DNA of 64,000 nt, taken from the human T2T-CHM13v2.0 reference genome, Homo sapiens. The DNA lies in assembly GCF_009914755.1 (NCBI RefSeq), contig NC_060934.1; one strand, 5' to 3'. The notes below the pieces were generated by a model, which worked only from the letters and a program-made list of their open reading frames with translations, searched no databases and was not told the DNA's origin. Position 1 is the stretch's first letter. Every line of letters begins with the position of its first letter. This document shows, one piece after another, positions 1 through 13,671 of the stretch. The position numbers and the translations under genes are program-made.

Positions 1-354
1 CAGAGGTGCTGAATCAGCTCTGTTGTTCTGGAATTCAGAGAAAAAGTCTGAAATGGAGATAGAAAGATGTGAGTCATTGACTTGGAGAGAACATATAGAA
101 TGAGATGAGAGCCCAGGAATGACCATTGATGAACTCCCATCCTATGACCCAAACTAAGAGTCTTCCAGGCAAAATACCCTGAAGCCTAAGGACACAAAAA
201 TTAGTTTTAGCTGAGCAATCAGGGAAAGCCTCCTGGAAGAGATGGCATTTGAGTTTGAGTTTGAAGGATGGGTAGGATTTCAATCAGCAGAGGAAGTTAC
301 TTTCTGTGAGAGAACAGTTGATAGAGAAATTTCTGTTGCAAATACCTCCATGTT

Positions 355-746
355 TGTATTTGTCTATTGGGATTGCCAAAACAAAATACCATAGACTATG
401 GGACTTAAACAATAGAAATATATTTTTTCAGTCTAAAGGCTAAAAGTCCCTGATCAAGGTCTGGCAAGGTCAGCTTCTGGTGAGGGCTCTGGGCGCTCTT
501 CCTGGCTTGCTGACAGCCACCTTCTCTTTTGTCCTCACCTGGTGGGATTATATGGGGAGAGCGGGGAGCAAGCTCACTGGTGTCTCTTCTTATAAGAAGA
601 AAGACACTAATCCTATCAGATTGGGTCCTCATCCTTATAACCTCATTTAACCTTAATTACCTCTTTAAGCACCTGTAGTCACATTGGGAGTTAGGGCTTC
701 CATATATGAAGTTGGGGGAAGGGGGGCAACAATTCAATTCCTAGCA
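355..746 (-). mobile_element. ERVL-MaLR solo LTR (MLT1A/B-like)
   Basis: Typical MLT1 antisense text (aacaaaataccatagact...cttaaacaatagaaat...ctcatttaaccttaattacctc...cacattgggagttagggcttc) with TG...CA ends; subfamily from recall. Confidence 0.75.
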
Positions 747-1073
747 GTGTTGCATGGTGATGTTTAAAATGTTTTGTAGTTTTGGCTAAGAAGACAGCCT
801 AAATAAGTGACTTTTCTCTTCCTCCCCCTCTGATGAGCCACACCTACCCACCCTCACCTCATAATCTACCTTTAGTTTATGTTCACTGTCTCTAAAAATA
901 ACGTGGGTAAAACATATATTTAAAATGTTGCCATTTTAACCATGTTAAGCATACAATTCAGTGACATTAATTATCTTTACAATGTTGTGGAACCATCACT
1001 ATTCTCTCTTTTTAAAATTTTTCAACACCCCAGACAGAAACTGTATTCCTTAAGCAACAACACCCTATCCCTC

Positions 1074-1600
1074 TGTGTCCAGAATTTATTCCTTCTGGTG
1101 GGTTCATGGTCTCGCTGACTTCAAGAATGAAGCCAGGGACCTCGCGGTGAGTGTTACAGCTCTTAAAGGTGGTGCATCCAGAGTTGTTTGTTCCTCCTGG
1201 TGGGCTCGTGGTCTCGCTGACTTCAGGAATGAAGTTGCAGACCCTTGCAGTGAGTGTTACAGCTCTTAAAGGTGGTGCAGACCCAAAGTGAGCAGCAGCA
1301 AGATTTATTATGAAGAGTGAAAGAACAAATCTCCCAAAGCGTGGAGGGGGACAGGAGCCAGTTGCTGCTGCTGGCGCAGGTGGCCAGCTTTTATTCCCTT
1401 AGTTGGTCCCGCCCATGTCCTGCTGATTGGTCCATTTTACAGAGTGCTGATTGGCTCATTTTACAGAGTGCTGATTGGTGCATTTACAATCCTCTAGCTA
1501 GACACAGAGTGCTGATTGGTGCATTTACAATCCACTAGCTAGACAGAAAAGTTCTCCAAGTCCCCACCCGACCCAGAAGCCCAGCTGGCTTCACCTCTCA
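1074..1600 (-). mobile_element. ERV9-family solo LTR (LTR12F-like)
   Basis: TGTGTCC...CTCTCA termini, 4-bp TSD CCTC (1070-1073 / 1601-1604), repeated gtgagtgttacagctcttaaaggtgg units, four gctgattgg (CCAAT) boxes. Confidence 0.9.
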
Positions 1601-2371
1601 CCTCCACCCCCAGCCCCTGGTAACCTGCAATCTACTTTGTAGCTTATTTCACTTAGCATAATATTTCAAGGTTTATCCATGCTACAGCATGTATTATACT
1701 ACTTTATTCCTTTTTGTGGCAGATATGCCATATTTTGTTTATCTGTTTATCTGTTGATAGACACTTGGGTTGTTTCCACCTTTCCGCTACTGTGAATAGT
1801 GCTGTTATGAACACTGGTAAACAAATATCTGTTTGAATCCCTTTGTTTTAAGGGACTGAAATTGCTGAGTCATATGGTAATTCTATATTTAACTTTTTGA
1901 GGAATGACCAAACTGTTTTCCAAAGCAGCTGCACCATTTTACATTCCCACTAGCAATGCACAAGGATTTCAATTTTCTTTGGTTTTAATTACAGCGATCG
2001 CAGTAGGTGTGAAATGGTAGCTTGTGGTTTTCACTTAAATTTCCCTAATGATTGGTGATGTTGAACATCTTTTCATGTGCTTATTGGCCATTTGTATGTC
2101 TATGGAGAAATGTCTGTTCAAGTCCTTTGCCCATTTTTTAAATTGGGTTGCACTTTTTTTTGTTACTGAGTTGGAAAATTTCTTTAGATATTCTGAATAT
2201 GAGACCCTTAATAGATAAATGATTTGCAAATATTTTCTCCCACTCTGTAAATTATCTTTTCACTTTCTTGGTAGTGTCCTTTGATGCACAAAATTTTTAA
2301 TTTTAATGAAGTCCAATTTATCTGTTTTTTTCTTATTTTGCCTGTGATATGCTGTTTAAGAAACCATTGTC

Positions 2372-2737
<366 letters not shown>

Positions 2738-3732
2738 CTAAGAGTTTTATAATTCCTAAATTTAGATCTTTGATCCATTTTGAGTTAATTTTTGTATATG
2801 GTGTAATGTAAGGGTCCAAATTCATTAAAAAGATATTCATATGGATATCCAATTATCCCAAGACCTTTTGTTAAAGTGACTGTTCTTTACGAATTGAATG
2901 GTCTTCGCACCCATGTCAAGAATCAACTGACTGTTCATTCACATCAGTCACTGTGAACATTTATTTCTAGGCTCTCAATTCTATTCCATTGCTTTATATG
3001 TCTATCCTTATGTCAGTATCACATGAGTTTGATTACTGTAGCTTTCTAGTAAGTTTTGAAATCAGGAAATGTGAGTCTTCCAACTTAGTTTTTTCTCAAG
3101 ATTGTTTTATCTATTTTAGGTCCCTTGCAGTTCCCTATGAATTTTAAGATAGGTTTTTCCACTTCTGCAAAAAACACCATTGGGAATGTGATAGGTATTG
3201 CATTGAATCTGTATAATCCTTTGGGTAGTATTGTTATTTTAACAATATTAAGCCGTTTAGTCCATGCACACAGGATGCATTTTCATTTATTTAGATCTTT
3301 CTTAATTTATTTTAGCAACTTTTATAGTTTTCAGTGTATAAGACTTGCACCTAATTGTTTGCATATATTCCTAAGTGTTTTGTTCTTTTAGATACTACTA
3401 TAAATGGAATTGTTTTCTTTATCTCCTTTTCAGATCAATCATTGCTAGTGTGTAGAAATACAACTGCTTTTTGTGTGTTAATTTTGTTAATTCCTTCAAC
3501 TTTGCCAATTTCATTTATTAGCATTAACAACATTTTTTTAAGAACACTAGCAGTTTTGGGGTATAAGATTATGCAATCTGCAAATAGAGGTAGTCTTCTT
3601 CCTTTCCAATTTAGATGACTTTTATTTCTTTTTCTTGCCTAATTTATCTGGCTGGTACTCCTAATACTATGTTAAATAGAAGTGCAAAGGTGGGCATCCT
3701 TGCCTTGTTCTTGATCTTAAGGGGAAAACGTT

Positions 3733-4401
3733 CAGTGGGCCTCCTTCAATCAGTTGAAGGCCTTAAGAGAACAAACATTGATGTTTTTCAAAGAACAAGG
3801 GATTCTCCCCAAGACTGCAACATAGAAACTCTACCTCTGTCTGTAGCCTAGCCTGTGAACCAATTCCTTAAAACCTCTCTGCTCTCTTTCTCTCTCTCTC
3901 TCAAACACACACATACACACACACACGCACACACACAGATGGTCCCTGACTTACAATTGTTTGACTTTTGATTTTTGACTATATGCTGATGCTTTCAGCT
4001 GTGTACATTAATGGTGAGTACCCATACAACCCCATTCTGTTTTTCACTTTCAGTATAGTATTCAATAAGTTATGTAAAATATTCAACACTTTATTGTAAA
4101 ATAGGCTTTGTATTAGATAATTTTGCCCAGCTGTAGGCTAATGTAAGTGTTCTCAGCATTTTTAAAGTAGACTAGGCTAAGCTATGATGTTCAGTATGTT
4201 AGGTGCCCTAAATGCATTTTTAACTTAAAATATTTTCAACTTACAATGGGTTCATCAAGACTTAAGTTCACTGTGAGTTGAGGAACATCTGTACATGTGT
4301 ATAATGTATATATATTTGTGTATGTATATGTACACACACACACACTTACACACACATATATTTTATTGGTTCTCTTTCTCTGGAGAATTGTGACCAATAC
4401 A
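3733..4401 (+). mobile_element. MLT2 (ERVL) LTR remnant, interrupted by MER47A and CT/CA/TA microsatellites
   Basis: gtgggcctccttcaatcagttgaaggcctt and 3' end tattggttctctttctctggagaa...ccaataca. Confidence 0.65.
3936..4291 (-). mobile_element. MER47A-like TcMar-Tigger MITE
   Basis: Terminal inverted repeats cagatggtccctgacttac / gtgagttgaggaacatctg followed by TA; about 356 bp. Confidence 0.75.
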
Positions 4402-4409
4402 ACAGGTTC

Positions 4410-4835
4410 TTGTTTTTTTCCTTTCTGCACTTTAAATATGTATCCCACTGCCTTCTGGCCTCCATGGATTCTGATGAGAAAGCTGATAATCTTATTGAGA
4501 ATCTGTGTGTGATGAGTCATTTCTTTCTCACTGCTTTCAAGATTCTCTCTTTGTCTTTTGACAATTTGTTTATAATGTGTCTTAGTATAATACTTTTTGA
4601 GTTTATCCTGCTTGGAGTTGGTTGAGCTTCTTGGATAGGTATTTTCATGTCTTTCATCAAATTTGGGGAGTTTTCAGCCATTATTTCTTCAGATATTCTT
4701 TCTGTCCCTTTCTCTATTTCCTTTTCTCCTGGGACTTTCACTAGGTATATGTTGTTATACTTGAGGGCATCCCACAGGTCTCCAGGGCTGTTCATTTTTC
4801 TTCATTCTTTTTCCTTTCTACTCCTCAGACTGGGT
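4410..4835 (-). mobile_element. Old L1 ORF1 fragment
   Basis: ORF 4517-4795 (EEIMAENSPNLMKD...IQEAQPTPSRIN...RHII..KDKERILKA) resembles ORF1p RRM region. Confidence 0.8.
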
Positions 4836-5694
4836 TGTTGCAGGAAGTCAGAGACCCTGAACAGAGGGACCAGCTGGAGCTGAGGCAGAAGAACATAAAT
4901 TGTGAAGATGTCATGGACATTTATCAGTTCCCAAAATTAATACTTTTATAATTTCTTACACCTGTCTTTACTGCAGTCTCTGAAAATAAATTGTGAAGAT
5001 TTCATGGACATTTATCACTTCCCCAATCAATACTCTTATAATTTCTTATGCCTGTCTTTACTTTAATCTCTTAATCCTGTTATCTTCATAAACTGAGAAT
5101 GTACGTCACCTCAGGACCACTATTTTACAAATTGATTGTAAAATATGTGTGTTTGAACAATATGAAATCAGTGCACCCTGAAAAAGAACAGAATAACAGT
5201 GATTTTCAGGGAATGAGGGAAGATAAACAGGAGGTCTGCCTGCGGGGTCGGGCAGAATACAGCCGTATTTTTCTTCTTGCAGAAAGCCTGTAGACAGACG
5301 TGTGAGTAGGAGAAATATCGCTGAATTCTTTTCCCAGCAAGGAATATTAATAATTGAGACCCTGGGAAAGGAATGCATTCCGGGGGGTAGGTCTATAGAT
5401 GGCTGCTCTAGGAGTATCTGTCTTATGCGGTTGAGATAAGGACTGAAATACGCCCTGGTCTCTTGCAGTACCCTCAGGCTTACTAGGATTGAGAAATTCC
5501 AGCCTGGTAAATTCTAGTCAGACCGGTTGTCTGCTCTCGAACCCTGTTTCCTGTTAAGATGTTTATCAAGACAATGAGTGCACAGCGGGACATAGACTCT
5601 CATCAGTAATCCTAATTTTGCCTTGCCCTGTGATCTTTATTGCCCTTTGAAGCATGTGGTCCTTGTGACCTACTCCCTGTTGGTACACCTCCCT
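4836..5694 (+). mobile_element. MER11 (HERV-K11/HML-8) LTR, 3'-truncated
   Basis: Starts TGTTGCAGGAAGTCAGAGACCC...; duplicated ataaattgtgaagatttcatggacatttatca unit characteristic of MER11; no terminal CA or TSD found. Confidence 0.85.
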
Positions 5695-6227
5695 CTGGAA
5701 TCAAGAACCAGAGTCCCATACTGGGAACACAGGCTGCTATCTTCAAGACTGCCACCAGGTCAGAGAAAAGGTGAGGCAAGGGCAGGCAAACATGCCACAA
5801 AGCTTTCCTACCATTTTAAAGTTGCCTTTTCTTTGATTCAGTATTCACTTGGTTGCTGTAGACCTTTGACTGTTTTCCAGAGTTTTGACAATGTTGGTTC
5901 TGACTGTTTCTGGGTTTTGTTTTGTTTTTTATGTATCTGCAGAGGAATGGGAGTTTGGAGCTGTCTGCTCTGCTGTTTTGCTGACATAAGTTCCTTGCTC
6001 CTGCCACAACCAGCATGATTGTAGGAGTTCCATTAGATCATTTACATACCAAAAATTTTATTAAAGCAGGTTGCATAAATGAACATTTTGTTATAATACA
6101 CAACTTATCAGTATTGGGGGGGAATCTCCCCATCTAGTTTGTCCACAAATCATGTCAGCTTTAGTTGTCACCTCTCCCTGGTCACTTATCTCCTGCCTAC
6201 ATTTTTGGCACTTCTGGCAGGGAGATG

Positions 6228-6470
6228 GCATGAGCAGAGGATAAGCACAAGGGCTCTGAAGTCAACACATATGGTTTGAACTGGGCTCCACCATTTAGTA
6301 GCTTTGCAGTCAAGGTGAAAATCAAGTGGTTTTACCTTTATGAGCCTCAGTTTCCTTGTTGGTAACAGAGGAATGTGAATCCCTGCCTCACCAATGTGAG
6401 ATTCTGATGAGCAAGTGCATGTAAAGTAATTAACTCCATGCGTACACACAGTCAGGGCTCTGCAAGCGTT
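6228..6470 (+). mobile_element. MIR SINE
   Basis: MIR core-like text gagcctcagtttccttgttggtaa...gtgagatt...gtaaag. Confidence 0.6.
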
Positions 6471-6829
6471 AGTTCTTATTGTTCCTGAGGAAGGCTCATT
6501 GCGAAGAGGAGGTGCAGGCAACCTGGGCACTTCTGGGGAGCAGCAGGCTATTGGGTCTGGTTGGAGGAGGATGTGCAACAGGAGAGTCCAGCCTGTCTCA
6601 TCCTTGGCAACAGGAAGCCAGTGAAGGTTCTTGAGCTAAAGGATGATGAGATCTGGGATGTACCTTAAGAGTCCAATTTTGGAAGAAGAAATTTAAGAAG
6701 GAGAAATGGCAGGGTGTGGGGTGGAATGAACTATTAAGAAATATTAAGCCAGTGGCTGGAAATTACGTTCTGGAGTTTGGAAGAAAGATGAAGGCAGGAG
6801 ATTTGAGTCAGGAGTAGCTATGACTTTAA

Positions 6830-7875
6830 ATGACATTTATATGCGATGAACTTCCAAATTTATGTCTTTAATCAGGACCTCTCGTAGCCACTGGCATGTT
6901 GAGTAGGCATCTCAGACTTAGTATGCCCCAAATTTCCAGCTAGACCCCTAGCACTCACCCCCACCAGCAGCTCTGCCCACTTTCCCTCTCCACTGCTCAC
7001 AGCAGCTCCATCTTGCAGTTTCTCAGGCCAGACACCCTGCAGGCACCTCTCACTCCTCTTTCCCTTACACTCCCTGTTTAGTCTGTCAACACAATTTGTC
7101 AGCTCTGCCCTCAAAGTACGCCCAGAATTAATCCCTCTTAGGCCTCCTGACTACCCCCTCTGCATTTTTTGTCCACCCGCCATCATCTCCTGCCTGGATT
7201 ACTGCCCTGGCCTCCTGACTTCCCTGCAACCCTCATCTGCTTGCAGTCTGTTCTCAGTACCACAGCCAGCTGATACTGGTAAACCTGAATCACATGAAAC
7301 AGCATGACCTTTACCCCTGAGAACATTCCAGGGGCCCCCAGCTCACTCAGGGGAGAAGCCAAAGGCTCACATGGCCCTCTAGGCTCCTTATGGCCCCCCT
7401 GATCTCACCCCCTCATCTCACCCCCTCCTGCTTCTGCCTATCCTCTCCCTGGCCCGCTGCTGCAGCCACAGCCACCTCCTGCAGTCCTTCAATGATCCTA
7501 GCCAGCTCCCACCTCAGGGCTTCACAGCCGCTCCGCCTGGAACGCTCTTTCCTACGTGGTCTTCAGCTTCATTCTCTCAGTCTCAAGATATTCCTCAAAA
7601 GTCACCTTCATGGGCAGGCCTTCCTTGGGCATCCCAACAAAAATGTCAACACTTCCCTCTGCCTCCCTCTTCCTGATCTCCCTTCCCTCCTTATTTCTTC
7701 TTCTTGCTCGTAATTACCTACCTCAGCACGCACTCACCTGTATACCTTGTTACCCTTCTCCCCCACTTGGAGGCATGCTTTGAGGAGGGAAGGGGCAGGA
7801 GTTCTTTTCTGGTTCTGTTCTCTGCTGGGTCCCAGCCCAGAGCTGTGCCTGGCATATTGTAAGAATAAACATTAG
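6830..7875 (+). mobile_element. L2 LINE 3' fragment(s)
   Basis: aggcatctcagacttagtatgcccca, catcatctcctgcctggattactg, terminal gtgcctggcatattgtaagaataaa. Confidence 0.6.
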
Positions 7876-10800
7876 TTAAGAAAATCAACCTGCGTAAAGC
7901 CGAATGCTAGAACCACAGGAGGCAAGACTGCGGAGGAAGCAAGGAAAGACAGGACTGGAGATGGCAGGATGATGAGACAGCCCCCCGAGGGCAGGGTGTG
8001 TTAAGAGGAGCAGCCTGTGGAGGAGCAGGGGCAGAGGGAGGAGAGAACTGGAGGCATAAGGGGGCAAGCGATGGCATTTCAGGAAGAAAATTACCAGTGG
8101 GCTCCAAACTATTGAGTAGAGGTGATTTCTAGGAGAGAAGAATTCATGGCTGATGAAAGACTGAGAAAAAAAGTATTTTCCTAATTTACCCTCGGCGGGA
8201 GAGTAAATTGAACTGTCACCTTTAGAGGACAACTTGGCAGTGTCTGTTAAAATGTGATCATATACTGTAGAATCCAGCTGTTCCATTTCTCAATATCTTC
8301 CTTATAAAAGAAAAAACAAACCTCACACACGCACTAGGATGCATGCTGTGAATGTTTTCTACAACATTCTCAGCGATAGCGAAAAATTGGAAACAATCAG
8401 AAAAAGGAATGGGTAAATAAATTGTAGTGCGTACATCATGTAAAATCCTACACAGCGCTGAAGAAGAATGCAGCCACTCTATGTGTGTGACAGGGCTGGG
8501 GCACATGATGCACTGCGAAGGGAACAAAGCATGGTCCTGAATGCCATGGTCTTACTGCCACTGAAAAAGACAGAGGGAGAGAAGAATTAGGGGTCATTTT
8601 AAAAATGTTGTCCTTTTCTATAATTTTAAAGTTTTTTAAAAAAAGAATTATGAATCTTCATTACATTGATAACTTGATTTTTAAAATTTAGAGATCAAAA
8701 AACATATTTGTTTTTACCATCAAAAGTATTTTAAAGAAACAAGAAAGGAGGTGGGTCCGAGAGGGATGGGGAGCGCTGGGAAGCCATTGAATGTGCGATG
8801 GTTTCCTGACCTCTGAGACGGCAGGCTCTGGACTTGGTGAGCTGAAGGCTTCCCTGCAGGAGGTGAGCGGGTGGAAACACAGCAAAAAGCGAAGGCAGCA
8901 GGCGCAGGTGGCTCTTCCCACAAAAGGGGAAGGGAAGAGTATTTGGAGAAAGAGCAAGAGGAGCATTTTTATGGCTGAAGGAGACTTGAGGGTTGCAAGG
9001 TATCAGTAGGTGGTTGATTTGTAAAGTCAGTTCTGTATTTCGATGAATGATAAGTCATGTAATACCGGCAGCCAACAAGGGCCAGGGTGTTCACCTCAGC
9101 AAAGCAGGGAGCATCTGCACCCCCCCACAACTTTAGATCCAGCACTCACCGCACAGCAGGCAGAGAGTGGTACCTTTGCAGGCCCTCCTCTGTAAAATCT
9201 GCATCTGAATTCTCTGTGTTTCTTTTAAAATTACAGCTCTTTATCATTTCCCGAAGCCCTGCTGGCTTTAGAAATAGGCCTGATCTTTTCTGAACTTACC
9301 ATGCCTTTAGCAATCTGAAAATTTTTGTTCTTTCTTTATTATCCATGAATTATAATAACTCAGCAAAATGTTTCCACTATGGCCTCAATGCTGGTGAAGC
9401 TAAACTAATGCTTAACAAAAAGTTCTAAGTAATTTCCCTGGCCACACTTGCCCCTTGCATGCTCTACTTAAGTTTGCCAAATGACCCACTCAAAGGGCTT
9501 GGAAGGAATTGAAACCAATCCATAAAATAGAATCCACCCCACGTAGCTGAGACACTCTGTGTGGCATTCTCCTGTGCTAGCTATGCATCAGCGGCCCTTG
9601 CGCGGGGGTGTGTGTATGCCTCTGTGCTGAGTAGAGGAGGGAGAGAGGTCTGTTTACCTCTGCTTCCTGACCAGCGGCATTTAAATCATTCGCAGATGCT
9701 GTGCAATTCCACCAGCACCGGCAAGGAGGGAGCCTTTTCCATATCCCTTTCGTTTATTTAGATCCCCCTTGAAGAATGAGGTGCCACTTCAAAGAGGCAG
9801 GCGGACTGCAGGTGGCCTTATAGCTTCTGGTTGATTTATGCTGGAGTTTACCCACTGCCTTCGCACAGGCTTTGTTTCAGGGAGTATATTTATCTGACCT
9901 TTCTTTGACTAGACAACCCCACAGCAGCTCATGGGAGGAAATGGGTGCTCCGTGTAGAGAAGTGGCATTTGGATGAGCTGCAGGAATTCCGGGGTGTCTA
10001 GTGTTTGATCCCTTAAGCCTGCACTGGCCACCTTAGAGCCAAGCCAGCTCAACACCTCCCAGAGTGATGGGAAGGGAATGTCCTGGGGCTGAATATTCAA
10101 TGTAGACTCTGAGGTAGCTTGTTGCTTTAGCAAGAATCAGACTTAGGTCACTCTGTGGGTCCAAAAGTGTCGTGGGCAGTGCCCAGGGCCATTCTGTGTT
10201 TGCTTCTTCAGTGAGCCTCTATTAAAACCAGGCACTTGGAGATAATTCTGGTCAGTGAGGAAGACACATGCCCTTTAAGAGCACGAGAGCCTGTGCTTTG
10301 CAACCCTGTAGAGGGCAGAGTGAAGAGTGGTGTGTCTCTTAAGAGGGTTTCTTCCTGTTGGGCTTCATTTGCTCGAAGATGAGGTGGACCCCCATTATTC
10401 GGCACCCCTCAACTCAATAGGGTAAGTGATTCGGTGGATCAATTCCTGTTTCTGAGCTACACCATGCCGTATAAGTGCCACTGTCCTCTAAACTCCAAGC
10501 TCAGATGCCACGTGAGGCTCAGTCAGCAGGCCCTGCAGGAGGGCCAGGGGCAGGCTACAGTGTGCTCGCCTCCTGGGGCCTCCACCCGTAGGGCTGCTCC
10601 TTGCCCACAGTCCATGCACCCTCACTCCTCCAGGCCTTAGAGAGTTGGCACTGGGTGTTAACTGCCGAGTGGCAGCACCTTGCCTCACAGGTGGAGGTTG
10701 GGGGGTGCGGGTGTAAGGTGGGAATGGAGAAGTTGTTTTGCTCCTGATTTCTTCCTATCAAATTGAAGTCCATCCTCCAGGAGTGTCTTCAGACAAATGC

Positions 10801-12556
10801 AGCTCCGCCGTCCTGAGGGGTTGCTGCTGAGGGAGTGTGGGATCCCAGAAATCTCTGCCCATGGACTGCCTTTATGTCTCCCTAGATGATCAGCTGCCTT
10901 TCCAAACGAGCTGGACTGCTTCATTTAAACAAGTCGTGGGTCCAAACTGAGTGCCTTCTTCAAAGACGTTTAAGAACGAGACACTTAAACAGGATGCAAT
11001 ATCATAAATATGCCAATGAAAAAGATGCAGGCATTTTTTTAGAGACGCATTAGCTGACATGGGTCAATTAGGGCCGCCTATGGGTACCCAGGGAGTGCTG
11101 TCTTGTTAATGGAGATCCTTGCTGAGTCTCTTTCTGAAGTTCCTTTCCAGAAGTGAAATTAAAATCGCGCAATTAAAATGTTCACAGTTGGGGCTGGATG
11201 TTCTTGAACTGATTGAAAGATGAAGAAGTGGACACACCAACATTTTGAAACAGCAATTGTCTCTGTAATTAAATGCAATTAACTGACATAACTGTTTGCT
11301 TTACTCCGTGTAAAACTGATTGAAATGGCAAGACTTTAAAGAATATGCCCCCGTCTGTTTTCTCTTTCCATCCTGAACAAAATTCTCACCAACATATGAA
11401 GACCAACAAAGGTAATGATCGGCACACCCACTCTAATATTGATGTTATGGGTTAAATATATCCAGGAAAGTGGGGAGAAATACATTGGAAAAAATAGAGC
11501 TCTAGGCTGTCCAATGTACATCATTTCTTCTAATCCACACACCTTTGCATTTCCACAATAAAAAGATTAAATCTGACAATTATTCCATAACTGTTCTCTG
11601 GGGAAGGAGCCATTGAATGTAAGTGATAATCAAAATGCAGATTCCAAAGATGAGAATAAAAAGTTAGTTCATTAGCTTTTCTAAAAAACTTTTTTTCAGA
11701 TTATTATAGGCAATCTGGAAAATGCTGAAAGAATAAAGAGAAAAAAGTTTCCCATAATCTCACCACAGACAGATAATCAATAGGTATTTTCTTCATCCTT
11801 ACATACATATTTGAATTCATATTGACTATATATTTTAAACATGTATTATATATATTTGTATCCTAAGTTTTTGCTTATATTGCATGTATTTTTCTTGCCA
11901 TTAAAAAAGTTCATGAACATTTTTATAAATGTCCAAATAAAATCTCATCACATGGACATTCCACCGTTTATTTGGCCGTCCTCTCATTATTGGATATGTA
12001 AGTTATTCACGGTATTTTGCTGTCATAATAATGGAGAAAAGACATCTTGTTGCAAAAATCTGCCTGTATTTTTTTTCCTTAGGAAGCTTTCTTTTAAGTG
12101 TAATTTCCTGGACTAAAGATTAGAATCATTTTTTGAGGCTTTTGGTACGTACTGCCAAATTGCCCTCCAGAAGGTGTTCAATTTGTACTTTCATCAGCAG
12201 AGTAAGAAGTTGCCTATTCCCCCAAGTCTTCTCCAGCACTGAGTGTGGTCTCTATAAGATTGAGCCTCTGGAAAGCCCAATAGCCCTTTACTAGAGGAAG
12301 CTCATTGTTTAACAGATCACCTTGGTGTAGGACAAACCGCAACTGAAACCTGAATTACTCAGGCCTCTGGCTGTGCTTCCCAGCAAAGGTGAGGGCACCT
12401 GGGGCCAGCACCCAGAAAGTGCCTACCAGGGCAGTTGAGTGATACCCATGAGCAACTAGATGGCAGACAAGCTACTGTCATCATGAGGACTGCTACCAGT
12501 CAGGTTAGTTTGAAGTCTGACCCCATGTCACTCACCTCCTTTTCTGTCCTTCCCAG

Positions 12557-12676
12557 CTGTGTTGGCCATAGATGGACATGAGGTCATCCTAGAGAAGATA
12601 GAAGACTGGAATGTGGTGGAACTCATGGTGAATGAAGAAGTCATCTTCCACTGCAACATTAAGGACTTGGAGTTCG
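12557..12676 (+). CDS. C10orf53: C10orf53 (UPF0728) internal coding exon
   Basis: ttttctgtccttcccag| acceptor, |gtaag donor; 120 nt, phase 1/1; encodes (A)VLAIDGHEVILEKIEDWNVVELMVNEEVIFHCNIKDLEF(G), recognised as C10orf53. Confidence 0.95.
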
Positions 12677-13320
12677 GTAAGCCCTTTGGCGATGCTTCCA
12701 GCCAGCAATTTGCCTCCTCTGAGGAGTCCCTCAATTTCTAGTTGAAATGATCAGTGTATCATGCCTGGATTCAAATTGGGTTTCTTTCTGAGTTTGAAAC
12801 TTGTACTGAAAGCCCTGTGCTTTCAGTGGCACACACAGGAGAGTATCCAAAACCACACAGTAAAGTGTGTGATGCTACGAGTTTCCCCAAACATTGGAAA
12901 CAGGAAGGAAAATGAAGTGAAGCCCTGGACTTCGAGGGATGTGATGGAATTAAGGGATAACAGGTTTTTGTACTTTAATAATATGTATTCTGTTATTATT
13001 TGCTTTCGAAGCTGCTTTTTTTCCACTTGTTTATTCTATCTAGACTTGCTAAGACACTGAGTTGATATGCCAGCAGTGCATGACACTATCAGCAACATTC
13101 AAATGAGAGCTTCTGGCCTGGCAGGCTGGCACTGTGCGTGCCTCTCTGTGCTCAGAAGTTAAAGCTTTGCAATCCACTAACACTCTATTAAAAACTAGTT
13201 AACATTTTACCAGCCCATGGCCTTTGAAAATGCACTCTGGGTGGAAGCCATAGGTATGTCTGATATGATAACAAATTGTATATAAAGCTAACCAAAAGAC
13301 AATTATATCTGTTTCCCTAG

Positions 13321-13385
13321 GAGGCGATGGTAAACTAGACCCACTGTGTGAAAAGGCCAGGATAGCCGTGCTGAATGCCTACTGA
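13321..13385 (+). CDS. C10orf53: C10orf53 proximal terminal coding exon (short ~93-aa isoform)
   Basis: tctgtttccctag| acceptor; phase-1 join gives GGDGKLDPLCEKARIAVLNAY*; TGA 13383-13385. Confidence 0.93.
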
Positions 13386-13576
13386 TCTCCTCATGGAACA
13401 GGCATCTCAAGTCGGCACAACAGCAGCTGCCCCAGCCATTCTATGATGCAGGCAGAAGTGGCTGTGCCACGGTGTGGACACTGGGCTCTGCTAGTCAGAA
13501 CAGGGCAACTCGGGCCTGACCTCCAGCTTACGCAGCCTCAGGATTGTCACCTGGCTGCACAGGAGCCCACAGAAAT

Positions 13577-13671
13577 AATAAAAACCACATCATTTATAAC
13601 ATGTCTCAATCTCAACCCATAGGGAGAGCCCTCCAATATCAGGTACACATTGAGCTGAAGGAAACAATAAA
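13577..13671 (+). terminator. Candidate polyadenylation signals for the short C10orf53 isoform
   Basis: AATAAA at 13577-13582 and 13666-13671 (another at 13803-13808) downstream of the stop. Confidence 0.55.

Noticed and set aside
1100-1540. CRISPR-like or novel spaced direct repeats
   Set aside because: Normal internal repeats of LTR12; eukaryotic context with no cas genes
12677-12741. Read-through of the C10orf53 internal exon (KPFGDASS...)
   Set aside because: Lies past a strong GTAAG donor; intronic
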